Source: an uncultured Candidatus Saccharibacteria bacterium
GTDB lineage: Bacteria; Patescibacteriota; Saccharimonadia; Saccharimonadales; Saccharimonadaceae
Direction: 5' to 3'
Length of the DNA stretch: 64,000 bases
Assembly (NCBI GenBank): GCA_963555045.1
Contig: CAUVUB010000001.1
Span: forward strand, 186,927-250,926
The notes under the pieces are model-generated. The model saw nothing but the letters and a program-made list of their open reading frames with translations, was not told where the DNA came from and did no database searches. This document shows positions 36,822 through 46,023 of this stretch, piece after piece. Every line of letters begins with the position of its first letter. Position 1 is the stretch's first letter. Position numbers and translations under genes: made by a program.

Positions 36822-38315
36822 CTACTGCTGACGGTAAAGATAGAAGCGGTCGGCTTCTTTTTGGCGATCGTTTACTAAAATACGCTTCAATTCCCCGCTT
36901 GGCGAGTGGCCAGTAAAGGTGGCCTGGCGCTCGATAATAACTGTGCCGTCTGTGCCGGCCTGGGCTTCGGCATCGTCGATTGAGGTTGCAACGAGCAATT
37001 GCTTGCCGTAGTGGGTTTGCCCGCGGTCTGCTAGTACGCGGTAAAAGTCTGCGTGCTCATCGGTCACCAAAAGTACTATTTTTGCAGCAGAATCTCGGCT
37101 TAGGTGCGAGTGTAAGATCGGAATATCTTGTGAGTAGCCATGAGTAAGAACAGGGTCATAGCGGTAGCCGTAATTGAAACGTTGTAACCCAATTAGTACC
37201 GTTATCGCAGTAAGACATAAAATAAGCCCTAGTCCAAATACACGTGGGTATGGGTTGCGTGGAAATAGTGTATACCAACGTTCAAATAGCCAACTTAACC
37301 CTGCTGCTGAGAACATAATGAGCGGGATGAAAAACAGCGCGGTTCCCTCTTCCGAAAGTAGCAGCGGGATCATAGCAAGCGCAAACCAGGCCAAGAAAAG
37401 GTGTGATCGAATTGCATAAGAGTGGCGCATAATTTGCACGAACCCAAGGAGCGCTAATGCCATCACGCCGATGCTAATGATTGGTATGATCAAGTGTCCA
37501 CCTGTTGGCGATAGCGATAGGCGATAGGTTTCAATAAGATTGTTCCAAACCTCTACCGGAGAACGCAGCGGCAAGTGAATACCGAGTAGTTGTCCGAGTA
37601 GCCCCGGCTGCTTGATGATAGAAACGCCAAGCGGCAGAGCTGCTACTGCAATGAGCAGTACGGTACCGATAAGTGATATGCGCGAGGCGCGCTTAACGCG
37701 GAGACGCTGCGCTGGGTGTGAAAGCAGGGATAGTGCTACGGCACCATAAAAATAAATCATAAGAGGTGTGTATAAACTTAGTCCGACGCAGGCGGCTAAC
37801 ACTAGGCCAAGCGCTCCACGCGTGAGCTGGTGCTTAGCTCTCATGAGGCTTGTGGCTAGCGCTAGAATAAGCGCCGGCCAAAAGATACTCATAATATACG
37901 GGGTGCCGTTTTGAGCGAGCACGGCGAACTGCCCGGTAGTGAGCGTGATAACCGCAATAAGTAGCGCCGTAGCATCTTTAAACCACTGCCGCAGCAGCAT
38001 GAAAATAAGTAGTGCGAGTGTTGCGCCAATGAGGATTGACGGTAGCTTAATAGCAGCAAGGCGCACCCCAAAAAAGTGAAGGCTGGCCTGCTGCAGCAGA
38101 TGATACGGAGCATTTACCAGGTCCCCAAAAGAAAGCAGCTGGCTCAGCATAGTATGGCTTTTGACGACCGATGTTTGCTCTCCCTCGGTGAGACCCCCCG
38201 GAATAAACAGCCAGGCGGCATATAGTAGAGCCATAAAAGCGATTAGTGCAAAAAAACTGCCGATAATGAAACGGTATCGATATAAGAATAGTGATTGCAG
38301 GCTACGTTGTTGCAT
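36822..38315 (-). CDS. Polytopic membrane glycosyltransferase, GT39/ArnT-like
   Basis: 497 aa with about 10 N-terminal TM helices and a soluble C-terminal domain. The family assignment rests on architecture only. Confidence 0.55.
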   Translation of the reverse strand: MQQRSLQSLFLYRYRFIIGSFFALIAFMALLYAAWLFIPGGLTEGEQTSVVKSHTMLSQLLSFGDLVNAPYHLLQQASLHFFGVRLAAIKLPSILIGATLALLIFMLLRQWFKDATALLIAVITLTTGQFAVLAQNGTPYIMSIFWPALILALATSLMRAKHQLTRGALGLVLAACVGLSLYTPLMIYFYGAVALSLLSHPAQRLRVKRASRISLIGTVLLIAVAALPLGVSIIKQPGLLGQLLGIHLPLRSPVEVWNNLIETYRLSLSPTGGHLIIPIISIGVMALALLGFVQIMRHSYAIRSHLFLAWFALAMIPLLLSEEGTALFFIPLIMFSAAGLSWLFERWYTLFPRNPYPRVFGLGLILCLTAITVLIGLQRFNYGYRYDPVLTHGYSQDIPILHSHLSRDSAAKIVLLVTDEHADFYRVLADRGQTHYGKQLLVATSIDDAEAQAGTDGTVIIERQATFTGHSPSGELKRILVNDRQKEADRFYLYRQQ

Positions 38316-38328
38316 AAATATACCTATT

Positions 38329-38337
38329 AGTATACCA
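38329..38337 (-). promoter_or_regulatory. Extended -10 element for the GT39-like gene
   Basis: Minus strand reads TGGTATACT, 13 nt before the ATG at 38315, with no SD. Confidence 0.5.
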
Positions 38338-38374
38338 TGCTGCCCGTAAAATACCTATGCTTTGGCTGCGCATA

Positions 38375-39733
38375 TTAGTCGTGGGTTTTATCAAGTGACA
38401 TAAAGCGAAGTCGTTCTGGGTGGAAGTAGAGGTTTACTGTGCCAACTGGTCCGTTACGATGTTTGGCGATAATTAGCTCGGTAATATTCGCTACATCTGG
38501 ATTGTCTGGTTCATAATACGCTGGACGGTAGATGAAGCTTACGATATCAGCATCTTGCTCAATCGATCCAGACTCGCGCAGGTCTGAAAGCATTGGCTTT
38601 GGTGGCGTACGCGATTCAACGGCACGTGATAGCTGACTCAGTGCAATAACTGGTACATTTAGCTCACGAGCAATAAGTTTTAGCCCACGCGAGATTTCAC
38701 TAATTTCTTGCACGCGGTTGCCGTTATGATTGCCATGGCTTTGCATAAGCTGCAAGTAATCGACGACGATTAACCCGATCTCTCGCTCGTGGGCAAGGCG
38801 GCGGGCTTTTGTGCGCAACTCTAGCACGGTAAGGCCTGGCTTATCGTCAATGTAAATTGGCGCTTCTGCCATTTCCCCCATAGCCTCAGAGAGCCGTGCA
38901 AAATCCTCATCGCTGAGGTTTCCGGTGCGAATATTCCAACTATCTACCCCGCTCGCATCGGCTAGCATGCGGTCTACCAGCTGCTCTTTACTCATCTCAA
39001 GGCTAAAGAATAACACCGGCAATCGTTCCATAGTCGCGACATTGTAGGCCAAGTTGGTCACCAGCGTGGTTTTACCCATTGCCGGGCGAGCTGCCAGTAC
39101 GATCAGGTCACTACGCTGCAATCCGGCGGTAATATTATCAAGATCTCGAAATCCGGTATGCAAGCCGCGCAAGCTACCTTTGTTGCGGTGTAATTCTTCC
39201 ATACGATCAAAGCTATCGTTCAAAATCGATTCAATGCTAATAAGGTCTTGCTTCAACGTTTGGTCGCTTACAGCAAATAATTCGGCTTCTGCTTTGCCGA
39301 GCAGCTCTTCGGTGTTACTGGTTTCATCATAGCTAAGCTGAGAGATGTCGCTGCTGGCTTTAATAAGTCGTCGGCGCACTGCTTTTTCAGCGATCATAGT
39401 GGCGTACGCTTCGGCGTGAGCGGCCGTTGGTACATAGTTTGTTAGTTCACTTAAGTAGCTAGAGCCGCCAATCATGGTTAGTTCTTCTTTGCGGCGCAGT
39501 TCATCAGTCAGGGTGAGTAGATCTACTGGGCTGTGTTTTTCAAAAAGCCGCAGCATTGCAGCATAGATACTGCCATGACGCTTCTCGTAAAAATCGTGCG
39601 CCTTAACCAGCTCGGAAGCATCGGCTAGCACTTCTTCGTCAATCAAAATAGCACCGAGCAAGCTCTTTTCGGCTTCAATATTTTGTGGTGGTAATTTGCC
39701 GGCAGGTGTTTGTTGCGCTTCGTGTGCTGTCAC
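38375..39733 (-). CDS. dnaB: Replicative DNA helicase DnaB
   Basis: 452 aa with the N-terminal PPQNIEAEKSLLGAIL, Walker A ARPAMGKT and the typical C-terminal RecA-like motifs. Confidence 0.95.
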   Translation of the reverse strand: MTAHEAQQTPAGKLPPQNIEAEKSLLGAILIDEEVLADASELVKAHDFYEKRHGSIYAAMLRLFEKHSPVDLLTLTDELRRKEELTMIGGSSYLSELTNYVPTAAHAEAYATMIAEKAVRRRLIKASSDISQLSYDETSNTEELLGKAEAELFAVSDQTLKQDLISIESILNDSFDRMEELHRNKGSLRGLHTGFRDLDNITAGLQRSDLIVLAARPAMGKTTLVTNLAYNVATMERLPVLFFSLEMSKEQLVDRMLADASGVDSWNIRTGNLSDEDFARLSEAMGEMAEAPIYIDDKPGLTVLELRTKARRLAHEREIGLIVVDYLQLMQSHGNHNGNRVQEISEISRGLKLIARELNVPVIALSQLSRAVESRTPPKPMLSDLRESGSIEQDADIVSFIYRPAYYEPDNPDVANITELIIAKHRNGPVGTVNLYFHPERLRFMSLDKTHD

Positions 39734-39735
39734 AA

Positions 39736-41268
39736 TTATGCTCCAATTTCTTCTTCTAGGGTAATTTCAGTGCCGCCCCCCATGAGGGTTGCGATTGCGG
39801 CTAGTTTAGGGTCGCTTGGCGGTTTTGCCTCAGCACTAATGGCCACGTTAACCTGCTCAGCTCCAAGCTGTTGCAATGCTTTGTGAATCGTCTGCAGATA
39901 TTTGCTGTCGGCTAGTTTGTTAGCAAAAAACTTAGTGCCAGCATAAATGGTTAGATGTGGTTTTTCGTACTGCATATGGCTACGGCTTAATATGCCAGCC
40001 AGTGCCGGCATGAGTTGGCGAGTTTCGGCAAGTACTGCAGGCCAATCGAGTTCATCTGGCGCAGCGGCTGCAGTATCTTTGGCGGCCGCAGGTTTCGCTT
40101 CCTGGGGTTTTGTAGCTTCGGCTGGGCGTTGTGGCTGGCCTGTGGCTTCCTGCGTGGTTGGTGGCTGCACTTCGGGCTGGGCGGTATCATGTTGCGTGGC
40201 TGTGGCAACTGAAGCTTGCGTAATTTGTGTGGTGGGTTGGCTACTCTTTTGAGGCGGGTCTTGGTGTGAGGTGCTCTCTGGCTCTGGGGATTGAGGTGGT
40301 TGAGGGGTACGCGAAGCCTGCGTGTAGCCTTGGCCAAATATAGCAGCTAGCTCCAAAAAGACAGTTGTTGCGCCAGCACGCACGCGTAGTAGCTTTGTTA
40401 GTAGCGGCAATAAATCAAGCTGGTGTGACAGCTCCTGCTGAATCGTCCATAGCAGCTGTGATAGCAATGTTTGTGGGCTAATACCCTGCTCGCGCAAAGT
40501 AAATAGCAGTTCAATTGCCCGCCGTGGATCTTGGGGGTACGATGTCAGCAGCGCCATGACTGTCTCGCGTGGCGCTAGCCCCAGCAGTGATTCAATATCT
40601 GTGTGCGTAATAGGAGCACCAGGCTCACTAAACCCTGCCACTTGGTCGAGCATCGTAATTGCATCACGAAACCCACCTTCGGCTCGTTCTGCAAGCAGCA
40701 GCAAAGCATCATCATCAATGTTGATTTGCTCTGCTTCGGCAATCGTGCGTAGGTGTTTGGCTATCACCGGTGGTTGAATAAGGTGAAAATGAAACTGCTG
40801 GGTACGACTAATGATAGTCGGAGGAATTTTCTCAGGGTCGGTTGTTGCAAAAATAAACACGACATGCATCGGCGGCTCCTCGAGTGTCTTTAAGAGTGCA
40901 TTAAAGGCCGACTTACTGAGCATGTGAACCTCATCGATAATGTATACTTTTTTATCGGCAACTACCGGTGCTATCGGCACTTTATCGAGCAGCTCGCGAA
41001 TGTCTTCTACCCCGCTACGGCTGGCGGCATCGATCTCAATAATATCAAGATGAGTGTCTTCATTAGTGTATGGTAGCTTGGTGATCTGGTGTGCCAAAAT
41101 ACGCGCCACTGAAGTTTTGCCAACGCCGCGTGGACCAGTTAGTAAATAGGCATGCGCAATATGGCCAGCAGCCAAACTTTTAGCTAGCAATTTAGTAATA
41201 TGATCCTGCCCCACGACGTCGTTAAGCGTCGTGCTGCGATACATTCGATATAGGGCCCGTTCACTCAT
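39736..41268 (-). CDS. dnaX: DNA polymerase III subunit gamma/tau
   Basis: Walker A GPRGVGKTS, the DEVHML box, an SRTQ-type sensor, and a long Pro/Gln-rich linker. Confidence 0.93.
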   Translation of the reverse strand: MSERALYRMYRSTTLNDVVGQDHITKLLAKSLAAGHIAHAYLLTGPRGVGKTSVARILAHQITKLPYTNEDTHLDIIEIDAASRSGVEDIRELLDKVPIAPVVADKKVYIIDEVHMLSKSAFNALLKTLEEPPMHVVFIFATTDPEKIPPTIISRTQQFHFHLIQPPVIAKHLRTIAEAEQINIDDDALLLLAERAEGGFRDAITMLDQVAGFSEPGAPITHTDIESLLGLAPRETVMALLTSYPQDPRRAIELLFTLREQGISPQTLLSQLLWTIQQELSHQLDLLPLLTKLLRVRAGATTVFLELAAIFGQGYTQASRTPQPPQSPEPESTSHQDPPQKSSQPTTQITQASVATATQHDTAQPEVQPPTTQEATGQPQRPAEATKPQEAKPAAAKDTAAAAPDELDWPAVLAETRQLMPALAGILSRSHMQYEKPHLTIYAGTKFFANKLADSKYLQTIHKALQQLGAEQVNVAISAEAKPPSDPKLAAIATLMGGGTEITLEEEIGA

Positions 41269-41310
41269 GTGGCTTTAGTATAGCATATTGTAGCAGGAGA
41301 CTCACACTAT

Positions 41311-41337
41311 AGAAAAAGCACGCCCCCATGGCGTGCC
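41311..41337 (-). terminator. Intrinsic terminator after the 41373-41900 gene
   Basis: Stem GCACGCC/GGCGTGC (41318-41324 / 41330-41336). On the minus strand it is followed by TTTTTC. Confidence 0.75.
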
Positions 41338-41372
41338 TACTAGTAGGCTTTGAGCAGCCTTATCGCTACATT

Positions 41373-41900
41373 CTACATTAAGGTATCTACTGCAGCCCAT
41401 GTTGCGTCTGGGTTGTCAGCTGGAATGATGATGCTAACTTGATCGCCAGGAGTGAGGCCAAAGTAAGTAACACTAGCCAGTAGCACACGGTACTCCTTAC
41501 CGTTGGCTTCAATATATGTGGTGCCGTCGTGGCGCACAACGGTACCGATCACTTGCTTGCGTGGCACTGGACCAATTTGCTTATAGATAAGCTTACCAGT
41601 TTCTTCATCAACGGTAAGCTTAAGAATGTCGCCTTCAACAAGCTTTGATTTTGAGGCATAGTTTGGTGACATGCCGTGTAGTTTGCCATCTGGGCCAACC
41701 ATCTCTTTGCCGTTAAAAACTCCTTCAATAACGACGCCGCTTACTTCACTTGCGGGCATAACAGTTGTTGGCACACCGATCAGCTTTCCATCATCGCCTG
41801 TTAGGCTGAGGAGTAGTTCATTGGCGGCTGCTACCGAAGTCTCCACGTCCGATAGTATTTTTTGGAGCCGTCGTAGCTGTTTTTCTGGTAATTCAGACAT
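41373..41900 (-). CDS. Hypothetical protein, 175 aa
   Basis: Clean ORF with an N-terminal helix and then a beta-rich region. No motif recognised. Confidence 0.6.
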   Translation of the reverse strand: MSELPEKQLRRLQKILSDVETSVAAANELLLSLTGDDGKLIGVPTTVMPASEVSGVVIEGVFNGKEMVGPDGKLHGMSPNYASKSKLVEGDILKLTVDEETGKLIYKQIGPVPRKQVIGTVVRHDGTTYIEANGKEYRVLLASVTYFGLTPGDQVSIIIPADNPDATWAAVDTLM

Positions 41901-42119
41901 ATAATTCTCTCGCAGTTTCCTCTTGTCTGTGTTTATACATAGTATCTTCTGGCATTGTACCCTCGAGCAGTGGTATTGTCAATAATATAATAAAATCGTT
42001 GTGTAAAGTACCATACCGCTATATGACTTTTCCCCAGGTTTTACAGGGGTAGAATAAAAAGTGTTGCTTTTTTAACAGGATATATTGGCAAGGTCGTCAA
42101 ATTGTTACTATGCTTTGCT

Positions 42120-42205
42120 AACCAAAAACCCCTCGCCTGATGCAAAGGTTATCTACGCGCGGGAGTTTTCGCAAACTGCCAAGATACCGAGCAGGGGCAA
42201 GGGGT
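42120..42205 (-). terminator. Nested-loop terminator after rplL
   Basis: Outer 10-bp stem ACCCCTCGCC/GGCAAGGGGT (42128-42137 / 42196-42205, one G-U pair). On the minus strand it is followed by TTTTTGG. Confidence 0.6.
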
Positions 42206-42267
42206 TATATGGATCCATTAACACATGTAGGAGACTATATGTTGGATGGTGCTATGCGCACCAAACC

Positions 42268-42633
42268 TTATACGAGTTCAACTGAAGCACCAGCTTCTTC
42301 AAGCTTCTTCTTTGCTTCTTCTGCTTCGTCTTTAGAAACGTTCTCTACAACTGCTGATGGCGCGTTGTCAACGATTGCCTTTGCTTCACCAAGTCCAAGG
42401 CCAGTAATTTCCTTAACAGCCTTGATTACTGGAACCTTCTGTCCGCCAGCGTCGGTTAGGTTTACCGTAAACTCGGTCTTTTCGTCTGCTGCGTCTGCGG
42501 CAGGACCAGCAGCGGCTACTGCTACTGCAGCTGGCTCGATGCCGTATTCATCTTTCAAGTGGTTCTTTAGTTCGTTTGCTTCAAGAATAGTCAAAGCAAC
42601 GAGCTCTTCAGCCAATTTTTTAATGTCAGCCAT
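42268..42633 (-). CDS. rplL: 50S ribosomal protein L7/L12
   Basis: 121 aa with an Ala-rich hinge and the C-terminal domain [23 protein letters not shown]. Confidence 0.96.
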   Translation of the reverse strand: MADIKKLAEELVALTILEANELKNHLKDEYGIEPAAVAVAAAGPAADAADEKTEFTVNLTDAGGQKVPVIKAVKEITGLGLGEAKAIVDNAPSAVVENVSKDEAEEAKKKLEEAGASVELV

Positions 42634-42716
42634 ATTGCTCCTTTATGTAATGCCCCTAGGGGGCGGTTTGTATCAAATTATATGTAAAATGTGCACACCA
42701 TAGGCGCGCAAGGTTG

Positions 42717-43229
42717 TTAGTTGGTTGCTTCTTTGCGGAAGTCCAGCTCTTCGTTGGTAAGACCACCAGTAATGGCATTGACCGGAGAAAGCAGTGTATC
42801 CACGATCTGGCCAATAAGCTGATCTTTGCCTGGTAGTTCAGACAGTGTTGTGACAGTCTCGGTGTCGAGTGCCTCTCCACTTTCGTTGAACGCACCAACA
42901 AGTTTCATTGTTGGGTGAGTTTTGGCAAATTTACCAAGCACCTGTGCAGCTGCGATTTCGTCTTCATCAGAAAACGCATATACCAACTGGCCTTGCAACG
43001 CTGAAGTGTCGGTGCTTTTTAGTGCCTCAACATCTTGCATCGCAACACGTACCAGGCGGTTTTTAACGATCCTGATCGTCACGCCAGCTTCACGAGCATC
43101 TCGGCGCAGCTCCTGCATATCAGCAACAGATAGACCTTTGTATTCAGCAAAGGCAGTCATTTTTGCATCAGTCAGGCTGGTGCGAAGACTAGCAACCAAA
43201 GATTGTTTTTTATCGCGTGAAATTGCCAT
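42717..43229 (-). CDS. rplJ: 50S ribosomal protein L10
   Basis: 170 aa in the position upstream of rplL, with L10-like N-terminal blocks. Confidence 0.92.
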   Translation of the reverse strand: MAISRDKKQSLVASLRTSLTDAKMTAFAEYKGLSVADMQELRRDAREAGVTIRIVKNRLVRVAMQDVEALKSTDTSALQGQLVYAFSDEDEIAAAQVLGKFAKTHPTMKLVGAFNESGEALDTETVTTLSELPGKDQLIGQIVDTLLSPVNAITGGLTNEELDFRKEATN

Positions 43230-43425
43230 AAAATAACGCTCCTTGTGAGTTTATAGTTTCTAAAAAATAGTCTCCCTGCTTGTTAATGTTCAATTGAACC
43301 GGCGACGTCCATATATAGCTTGGGCGTCAGGCAATATGTCAAAAGAGGTGAATAAAGAAATGGATCCTCGGTAGCAAATTAAGCATGTTTATGAAATGCA
43401 GCTACTGTCTTTGGCATAATGCTAA
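43230..43425 (-). promoter_or_regulatory. Long 5' leader of rplJ-rplL (candidate L10-leader autoregulatory region)
   Basis: About 195 nt lie between the promoter at 43430-43459 and the rplJ start. The function is inferred from the known L10(L12)4 leader mechanism. Confidence 0.4.
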
Positions 43426-43429
43426 GCGT

Positions 43430-43459
43430 ATTATAACATAGCCCCGTGACTAGGTGCAA
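43430..43459 (-). promoter_or_regulatory. Sigma70 promoter for rplJ-rplL
   Basis: Minus strand reads TTGCAC (43454-43459), 18 nt, TATAAT (43430-43435). Confidence 0.6.
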
Positions 43460-43461
43460 TA

Positions 43462-43490
43462 AAAATACCCCAAGAGATGGGGTATTTTTG
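43462..43490 (-). terminator. Intrinsic terminator after rplA
   Basis: Stem ATACCCC/GGGGTAT (43465-43471 / 43479-43485), flanked by an A-run and a T-run. Confidence 0.8.
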
Positions 43491-43521
43491 TGTGGGTGGC
43501 GTACCAAAATTGGCAAACAGC

Positions 43522-44532
43522 CTATGCGTTTTGCACTTCAACTGCAATGCTTGGTCCCATAGTAGTGGTGATTGCGATTGACTTGATGTATGCGCCCTTG
43601 ATTGAGCTTGGCTTTTGTGCCTGCAAGCTTGCAAAGAATGTTGTAAGGTTCTCTGCTAGTTTTTCGCCACCAAAGCTGACCTTGCCAGCTGCGAGGTGTA
43701 CAATAGCCTGCTTATCTACGCGGTACTCAACCTTGCCAGCCTTTGATTCAGTTACAGCCTTTGCAATGTCGGTTGTAACGGTGCCACTCTTTGGGTTTGG
43801 CATCAAGCCGCGAGGGCCAAGCAAGCGCGCAAACTTACCAAGTTTTGGCATGTACTGAGGAGTTGCAATAAGTACGTCGAAGTCGAGCTGTTCTTTTTCA
43901 AGCTGCTTGATGAATTCCTCGTCTCCTACAATGTCAGCACCTGCTTCTTTAGCAGCAGCGTGTAGGTCTTCTGGAGCAAATACTGCAACGCGTACATTCT
44001 TACCAGTTCCGTGTGGCAACGATACAGTCGCACGGATGTTCTGGTCTGCTTGGCGTGGGTCAACACCAAGGCGTACGTGAACCTCAACGCTGGCATCAAA
44101 TGTAGTAGGGCTAGTCTTTGTTGCTAGCTCGAGTGCTTCAGTGAGTGAGTATAGCTTGCCCTTCTCAACCAGCTTAGCGGCAGCCTGGTACTTCTTGCCG
44201 CGACGCTCGATGCGTGGGCGTACAACTGGCTTTGGACCCTTCTTTTCAGTAGCTTCGTTTTCGCCTTGTGGGCTTGTGTCACCTTCAAGCTTACGGAGCT
44301 CTTTCTCTGCCTTCTCTTCAGCTTCACGAAGTGCCTTAGCGCTGCGCTTACCTGCTTTGGCAGCTCCCTGCTCTTTAGTGACGGTTTCTACTACCTCTGG
44401 GGTAACTAGCTCTTCCTCTGATGGAGCCTTTGCTTCAGCAATTGCTGCTTCAATTTCAGCAATAGTGTTGCGCTCGGTGAGACTTAGACCAAGGTCGTGT
44501 GCCTTTTCGAGCAACTCTGCTTTTCGTGCCAT
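43522..44532 (-). CDS. rplA: 50S ribosomal protein L1 with an N-terminal extension of about 100 aa
   Basis: The C-terminal 230 or so aa are canonical L1 (GKKY...[16 protein letters not shown]...GTGK). The N-terminal extension is Lys/Glu-rich with a helix-extension-helix-like start. The ATG at 44532 is preferred for its SD spacing. Confidence 0.9.
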   Translation of the reverse strand: MARKAELLEKAHDLGLSLTERNTIAEIEAAIAEAKAPSEEELVTPEVVETVTKEQGAAKAGKRSAKALREAEEKAEKELRKLEGDTSPQGENEATEKKGPKPVVRPRIERRGKKYQAAAKLVEKGKLYSLTEALELATKTSPTTFDASVEVHVRLGVDPRQADQNIRATVSLPHGTGKNVRVAVFAPEDLHAAAKEAGADIVGDEEFIKQLEKEQLDFDVLIATPQYMPKLGKFARLLGPRGLMPNPKSGTVTTDIAKAVTESKAGKVEYRVDKQAIVHLAAGKVSFGGEKLAENLTTFFASLQAQKPSSIKGAYIKSIAITTTMGPSIAVEVQNA

Positions 44533-44609
44533 ATATGTCATCCTTTCTTGTGGTACAAACGGTTGAACTTCAACCTCCCAACTAAATTAATGGCGTTAAT
44601 AACCTATGC

Positions 44610-44639
44610 ATTATACCACAGTGGCAGGCGCATCAGCAA
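44610..44639 (-). promoter_or_regulatory. Promoter for rplA
   Basis: Minus strand reads TTGCTG (44634-44639), an 18-nt spacer, and the extended -10 TGGTATAAT (44610-44618). Confidence 0.6.
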
Positions 44640-44699
44640 TGACTTATCAGCACATTACCACAAGCAGAAAGCAAGGTGGCGGCGCCGTTCAATCGGTGA

Positions 44700-44708
44700 T
44701 ACTATAAT
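44700..44708 (+). promoter_or_regulatory. -10 box 6 nt upstream of the eno ATG (leaderless configuration)
   Basis: TATAAT at 44703-44708, the spacer AAGTAT, then the ATG at 44715, with no SD. Confidence 0.55.
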
Positions 44709-44714
44709 AAGTAT

Positions 44715-46019
44715 ATGGAGAGTATAACGATTATTGATATTGCGGCGCGTCAGATTTTAGATTCGCGCGGCAACCCAACCGTGGAGGCGGATGTATTATT
44801 AAGTAATGGCTATCGTGGCCGAGCGGCTGTTCCATCTGGAGCAAGTACCGGGTCTCGAGAGGCTGTTGAAAAACGAGATGGTGATCCAGCTCGATTTGGC
44901 GGTAAGAGCGTATACGGCGCTGTACAGGCTATCAAAGAGACGATTCGCCCTGCCCTGAAGGGTAAGAGTCCATTTGAGCAGCGACAAATCGATGAACTGC
45001 TAAAGCAGCTTGATGGCACAGAGAATAAGTCAAAACTTGGGGCGAATGCAATTTTGGCGGTTAGTTTAGCAGTTGCTAAAGCAGCCGCAAATGCACGCCA
45101 GCAACCACTACATGACTATATTGGCGAGATGGCATTTACGCTCAATGAGCAGTCTATTCCGATGCCAATGATGAACATCATGAATGGCGGAAGTCATGCT
45201 GCGGGTAGTACTGATATTCAGGAGTACATGATTGTGCCGCTCGCAGCTACTACTATTGAAGAAGCGCTGCAGATTGGTACAGCTGTCTTTCACCAGCTAA
45301 AGAAAGTGCTGGCTAGCCGGGGCTACCCAACGACAGTTGGAGACGAAGGTGGTTATGCGCCTCGCGTCCAAAAAGGTAACGCTGAACCACTCCTGCTTAT
45401 TATGGAAGCGATCAAAGCAGCAGGCTATGTGCCGGGTGAAGATGTAGCCATTGCGCTCGATGTTGCTTCAAGTGAATTCTATAACGAGGAAGATAAGCTA
45501 TATCACCTGCAGGTAGAAGGGCGCCAGCTACGTTCAGACGAAATGATAGCTTGGTACACGCAGCTTGTGCGGGATTATCCAATTATTTCAATTGAAGATG
45601 GACTAGATGAAAATGACTGGCCAAACTGGGCCGACCTAACAATTAGCATTGGCTCTGCGGTGCAGCTAGTTGGCGATGATTTGCTAGTAACAAATACCAA
45701 GCTACTTAAGCGCGCTATTGCAGAGCACACCGGTAATGCTATTTTAATTAAGCCAAACCAAATCGGTACCCTTACTGAGACGATTGATGCGGTCACTATG
45801 GCTAAGCGGGCCGGTTGGCGCACAATTATTTCACACCGATCGGGCGAGACAGAAGACACAACTATTGCGCATTTGGCAGTTGGTCTTGGCGCTGGTCAAA
45901 TCAAGACGGGTTCTCTCTCGCGTACCGACCGAGTTGCTAAATACAACGAGCTAATCCGTATTTCAGAAGGGTCTCCGAAGCTAAAGCTAGCTCAACCATT
46001 TGGTAATCAGGAGGTGTAG
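44715..46019 (+). CDS. eno: Enolase (phosphopyruvate hydratase)
   Basis: 434 aa with the N-terminal [14 protein letters not shown]-type block ([14 protein letters not shown]) and the C-terminal [17 protein letters not shown]. Confidence 0.97.
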   Translation: MESITIIDIAARQILDSRGNPTVEADVLLSNGYRGRAAVPSGASTGSREAVEKRDGDPARFGGKSVYGAVQAIKETIRPALKGKSPFEQRQIDELLKQLDGTENKSKLGANAILAVSLAVAKAAANARQQPLHDYIGEMAFTLNEQSIPMPMMNIMNGGSHAAGSTDIQEYMIVPLAATTIEEALQIGTAVFHQLKKVLASRGYPTTVGDEGGYAPRVQKGNAEPLLLIMEAIKAAGYVPGEDVAIALDVASSEFYNEEDKLYHLQVEGRQLRSDEMIAWYTQLVRDYPIISIEDGLDENDWPNWADLTISIGSAVQLVGDDLLVTNTKLLKRAIAEHTGNAILIKPNQIGTLTETIDAVTMAKRAGWRTIISHRSGETEDTTIAHLAVGLGAGQIKTGSLSRTDRVAKYNELIRISEGSPKLKLAQPFGNQEV

Positions 46020-46023
46020 TCAT

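Noticed and set aside
42140-42703. A 187-aa plus-strand ORF
   Set aside because: It lies entirely antisense to rplL. Its composition is low-complexity Ala/Ser, typical of the reverse frame of a highly expressed gene. The same reasoning applies to most other ORF-track entries that sit inside larger well-supported genes.
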